DNA of 64,000 nt from the human T2T-CHM13v2.0 reference genome, Homo sapiens, in NCBI RefSeq assembly GCF_009914755.1, contig NC_060937.1; one strand, given 5' to 3'. Position numbers and translations under genes: made by a program. How positions within the stretch are numbered: the first letter of the stretch is position 1; every line of letters starts with the position of its first letter. This document shows, one piece after another, positions 59,421 to 64,000 of the stretch. The notes below the pieces were generated by a model, which was given only the letters and a program-made list of their open reading frames with translations, did no database searches and had not been told where the DNA came from.

Positions 59421-59633
59421 CATTTTGTTCATATTGTTGCTATTTTCATCAGTTTTATTTATAAGAGTAAAAACAGTTGAAACAAGCACTTTCAAAGACA
59501 TTTTAATAGCATGAGCATATCCTCACAATATTCTAAAGTGAAAATGGCAGCTATGTATTTGATCATAATCTATTCTGAATTCATTAAAGAAAATATACCA
59601 AAATGGTAACAATGGTACTTGTGGTATACGGTA

Positions 59634-59889
59634 CAGGTTGAGCATCTCTAATCTGAAAACGTGAAATCCAAAATGCTCCAAAATTTGAAACTTCTGAATG
59701 CCTACATGATGCTCAATGGCCATGCTCAAAGAAAATTCTCACTGGAGCATTTTGGATTTCAGATTTTCTGATTAGGGATGCAAAACCAGTAAGTATAATG
59801 CAAATATTCCAATTCCCCTCCCCCCCAAAAAAATTGGAATCTGAAACACTTCTGGTCCCAAGCATTGTGGATAAGATATACTCTACATG
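59634..59889. mobile_element. Tigger4a/MER46 (Zombi) MITE
   Basis: TA|caggttgagcatctctaatctgaaa...aatgctccaaaat...ggagcattttggatttcagatttt...tactctacatg|TA. Confidence 0.85.
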
Positions 59890-59891
59890 TA

Positions 59892-61960
59892 AAGTCACCC
59901 CTGCATTGTTTGGCTTTCCATTTGCATTGAATATCTTTTGTCATCTATTATTTGCTATCCATGTGTATCCTTACATTTGAAGTGAGTCTCTTTCAGGAAC
60001 CATACAAGTGGGTCTAATATTCAGTATTCTTGATTAGCAGTTATTTTTCTTAATCATTTTGAATATATTGTCCCACTATCTACTGTCCTGTAAGGTTTCT
60101 GCTGAGAGATTTCATGCTAACTTTATTGAAACTCCCTTATGTGTTATTTGCTTATTTTCTCCTGCTGCTTTCAAGATATTTTCTTTGTCTTTGATTTTTG
60201 ACAGATTCATTATAATATCTTTTGATGTAATCTTCTTTGGATTGAATCCGATTGGGGATGTTTGGCCTTCCTGTACTCTGTATCTGGATATTTATATTTT
60301 TTCCAATATGTGGAAAGTTTTCTGCTATTATCTTTTAAAATAAGCTTTCTATCCCTTTGTCTCTCTATTTTTTCACAAACTCCTATAAATTAAATATTTG
60401 CTCTTCTGATGCCCTGCTATTAATACCATAAGCATTATTCATTCCTCTTTATCCTTTTTTATTTTTCTCCTGACTGTATATTTTCAAATAACCTGTCTTC
60501 AAGTTCACAGATATTCCTGCTTGATCAATTCTCCTGGTGACATTCTTATTGCATTTTTTATTTGTTTCATTGTTTTTCAGCTCCAGATTTTGTCTGAATT
60601 TTTAAAATAATTTAAATCTTTGTTAAATTTCTTATCTTGATCATTTATTGTTTTACTGATTTTATTTTATTATTTCTCCGTATTTTATTGAAATTTTCTG
60701 AGCTTCCCTGAAAAAATTATCTTTAAATCTTTGTCAGGCACTTTGCATATCTTCACCTCTTTAGGGCAAGCTATTGGCATATTGTGTTCCTTTGGTGGTG
60801 CTGTGTCTCCTTGGTTTTTCATGTTTCTCATTGCCTTATGTTGATCTGTGTACATTTGAAGAAATAGGGATGAATTCCAGTCTTTGTAGACTGGCTTTGT
60901 TTAGGAAAGCCCTTCACCAGTCACCCCATCCAGAGATTCAAGGCAGCCTGTCTGGCATGGCCCATAGATGGGCCTGCTGCTAGAGACCTCAGCAAGGCTG
61001 TCTTAGTGCCTGGGTCAGAATGTGGGTGGGCCTGGTGCCTGGGTCTATGTTGTAGGTCTAGAGCCTGTATCAACAGAGGTTGGTCTGAAGTCTGGGTCCA
61101 AAGGAGCTGACAGTTGCTGGGATGGGGAAGGCACCTGCGGCCACTAGGTGGGTCTAGAGACTGAATTCATGGGGGCTGACCTGGCACTGAGACAGGCTTG
61201 GGACTTGAGTCCACAGGGTTGGGCCTGAGTCCTTGCTCTGCAGGGACAGACCTGGAGCCTCCATCCATGGGGGTTGGCCTGGCACTGGGGTAGAATGAAC
61301 ATGAACCCTGGATCTGCTAGAGTAGGCCTGGAGCCTGTGTCCATGGGTGCCAGCCTGCTGTCTGAGGCTAGTGTTGTTGACTGGGGGGAAGGGTACAAAG
61401 GGTACAAAGCCTGAGGCTATGCTCTGGGATAGTCTGAAATCTGGGACAGGTCTGAAGCCTGGAGCTTCAGGGATTTGCCTGGGGCTGGTGGACCTGGAGC
61501 CTGTATCCAGAGGGACTGGCTTGAAGACTGGATCTGCAAGTGCTGGCCAGATGACTAGAGTTTCTAAGCTGGCTTGATGCTAGGGCAGGCCTGAGGCCTG
61601 AGGCCTCGTGGATCAGACAGGTGTTGAGAATATTCTGGAGGCTGGGGCTGCCAGACCATCTTGGCCCTGGGGTAGGCCTAGAAACCCAGAGTCTGAGGAA
61701 AAGTCTAGTGCTCATTTCCCTCTCTCCGCTCCATTCTGTATTGCCTGGGATTCGGAGAGAGAAAACTTGGGTAATATAAAACTTTCCTTTCTAACCTCTT
61801 CAATTCACCTTTTAAATTTTCTCTGTTACTCACAGGTGTTGTATTCTTTCACCTGGCTTTGTTAGCTCTTGTGAAGTTGTATTTGTATGGGGATAGTTGT
61901 TCAAGTTGCTGTTTTGGTGGAAGGATATGGGCTGGGAAGTCCTATTCTACCATCTTGCTG
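59892..61960 (-). mobile_element. L1M ORF1/5' region relic with GC-rich degenerate repeats at about 61000-61700
   Basis: tgtaaggtttctgctgaga, gactgtatattttcaaataacctgtcttcaagttcac, repeated ctggcctggagcctg-type units. Confidence 0.7.
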
Positions 61961-61977
61961 ATGTCGGTTTTTGGGAT

Positions 61978-62385
61978 GGGTTTTGAGAAACATGCTAGAA
62001 ATAAGAACACGAAGTGCAATTCTGATAAGATCTCAGACAGAAATGAGACATGTATTATTGGAAACTGGAGGAAAGGTGATCATTGTTAAAAATTGTTAAA
62101 GAGTTTGTCTGAACTGTGTTCTAGTGTTTCGTGAAAGGTAGAACTTGTGAGCAACAAAATTGAGTATCTAGCTGAGGTGGCTTCTTAGCAAATTGTTAAA
62201 GGAATAGTTTGGTTCCTCTTGATCTCTTATAGTAAAATGTGAAAGAAAAGAGATGAACTGAGGAAAAAATTGTTAAGCAAAAAGGAACCAGAACATAAAG
62301 ATTTGGAAAATTCTCAGCCTATTCATACTTCAAAAAATGAGAACATTCATTCTTAAGAGAATACTAAGGATATGGTTGAACATGC
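61978..62385 (+). mobile_element. MaLR internal fragment (MLT1/MST-int) without LTR
   Basis: atctcagacagaaatgag...ttattggaaactggaggaaaggtgatc...tatctagctgagg...ttatagtaaaatg...gatttggaaaattctcagcct. Confidence 0.75.
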
Positions 62386-63059
62386 ATTTGTCTTTTTCTG
62401 ATATCATATTCCATTTTTATGTGATCTGGTAGAAGAGGCAGGGCTATTATTCCCTACAACATTAAACCACTAGGATAAAGCCAGAGCTTCTCTTTCAATA
62501 CTATGTTTATTAATTGCAACTAATGCCCAAGCAGCAGATCTCAGATGTTGGAGTATAGTAGGTTTGACACTATTATTATTTATCATTCTAATGTCTTGTG
62601 GGTTTTTCATCCCTTCTCATACCGTTTCACTTTGAACTAAAGGTAATCTAAAAGAAGTTGCATAATTTTTCTTAGTACTTCTTTATTTAAAAGGAGCTTC
62701 AGGTTGCTACAGTTACTGTGCTTACTCTTCCACCACAACTCACAAAAAGAGTAGTATCATGTTAACATATCACTAACATCTGTACTCCAGTATATTCAAA
62801 GTGGTTGTTTTGTCTTTTGGTTACATTTAATAACAACAACAGTTTGAATGTAGATCAATGTCTTATTTTCTTAAATATTATTACTGTTTCTGAGGACACT
62901 GAAAAATCTTATATTTATATGAATCCTTTTAAAGACTTACGAATATGTATCAGTGAGGCTTTCTTCACATAATTCTTGGGCTCAACTATAATAATCAACT
63001 AAGTGCTTTGAAGATGTATTGTTATTGTGGTCTGTGTATGTGTTTTTATTTTTTCCCCT

Positions 63060-64000
63060 TCCAAATTTATTTTAGGTTCAGGGGTTTTGTTACATGGGTA
63101 AATTGCATGCCACCGGGGTTTGGTGTACAAACTATTTCATCACCCAGGTAATGAACATAGTATATGTCGTAGGTAGTTTTCTGATCCTCACCAACCTCCT
63201 CCCACCCTCCATCCTCAAGTGGGACCCAGTGTCTATTTTTCCCTTCTTTGTGTCCATGTGTACTCAATGTTTAGCTTCTACTTATAAGTGAGAATATGCA
63301 GTATTTGGTTTTCTTTTCCTGCATTAATTTACTTAGGATAATGGCTTCTAGCTCCAAGTGTGTTGCTGCAAAGGGCATAATTTTGTTTGTTTCTATAGCC
63401 GTGTAATATTCCATGGTGTGTATGCACCATATTTTCTTTATCTAGTCCACCATTGATGGGCATCTAGATTGATTCCATATCTTCACTATTATGAAAAGCA
63501 TTGCAATGAACATATGCATGCATGTGTCTTTATAGTAGAATGATTTATATTCCTTTGAATATGTATCTAGTAATGGGATTGCTGGGTCAAATCATAGTTC
63601 TGTTTTAAGTTCTTTGAGAAGCTTCCCAACTGCTTTCAAAAGTGGCTGAACTAATCTACATTCCCGACAACAGTGTAGCAGCATTCCCTCTTCTCTGAAA
63701 CCTCACCAGATTTTGTTATTTTTTGACTTTTTATAATAGCGATTCTGACTGGTATCTTATTGTGGTTTTAACCTGCATTTCCCTAATGATGAGTGATATT
63801 AAGCATTTTTTCACATGCTTGTTGGACACTTATATGTCTTCTTTTGAGGATTATCTGTTCATGTCCTTTGCCCATTTTTAATGTTTTTATCCTTGGTGAT
63901 TTGCTTAAGTTCTTCATAGATTTTGGATATTAGGCCTTTGTCAGATGCATAGTTTGCAAATATTTTCTCTAATTCTGTAGATTGTTTACTCTGTCAATAG
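63060..64000 (-). mobile_element. Old L1PA (PA15/16-like) 3' end, running off the window
   Basis: tttattttaggttcagggg...acttataagtgagaatatgcagtatttgg...ggatattaggcctttgtcagatgcatagtttgcaaatattttctc. Confidence 0.93.

Overview
This is AT-rich, repeat-dense primate (human-like) non-coding DNA, intergenic or deep intronic. I found no credible protein-coding gene, RNA gene, CpG island or CRISPR array. The ORF track is explained by Alu/L1/LTR sequence or chance. The window holds about 12 Alus (several with clear TSDs), L1PA/L1PB/L1M fragments, many MIR/L2 remnants, MaLR/ERVL LTRs (MST, MLT1, MLT2, MER21, LTR16, LTR33), DNA-transposon fossils (MER47, Tigger4a, MER58, a Tigger-like transposase remnant) and microsatellites. 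Repeat subfamily names come from recalled consensus sequences, not from a RepeatMasker run. I do not see a novel biological system. The best observations are: (1) a ~1 kb TSD-flanked retrocopy of a chimeric non-coding RNA polyadenylated inside an MLT1 LTR (47538-48541); (2) a ~0.5 kb 3'UTR-like insertion without poly(A) or TSD that splits an LTR (21130-21658); (3) a perfect 50-bp duplication inside an AluY, next to a half-deleted Alu; (4) a MER47 with an apparent internal inversion; (5) candidate minus-strand non-coding exons near 38.4-39.0 kb; (6) several motif-rich unique blocks that may be enhancers.
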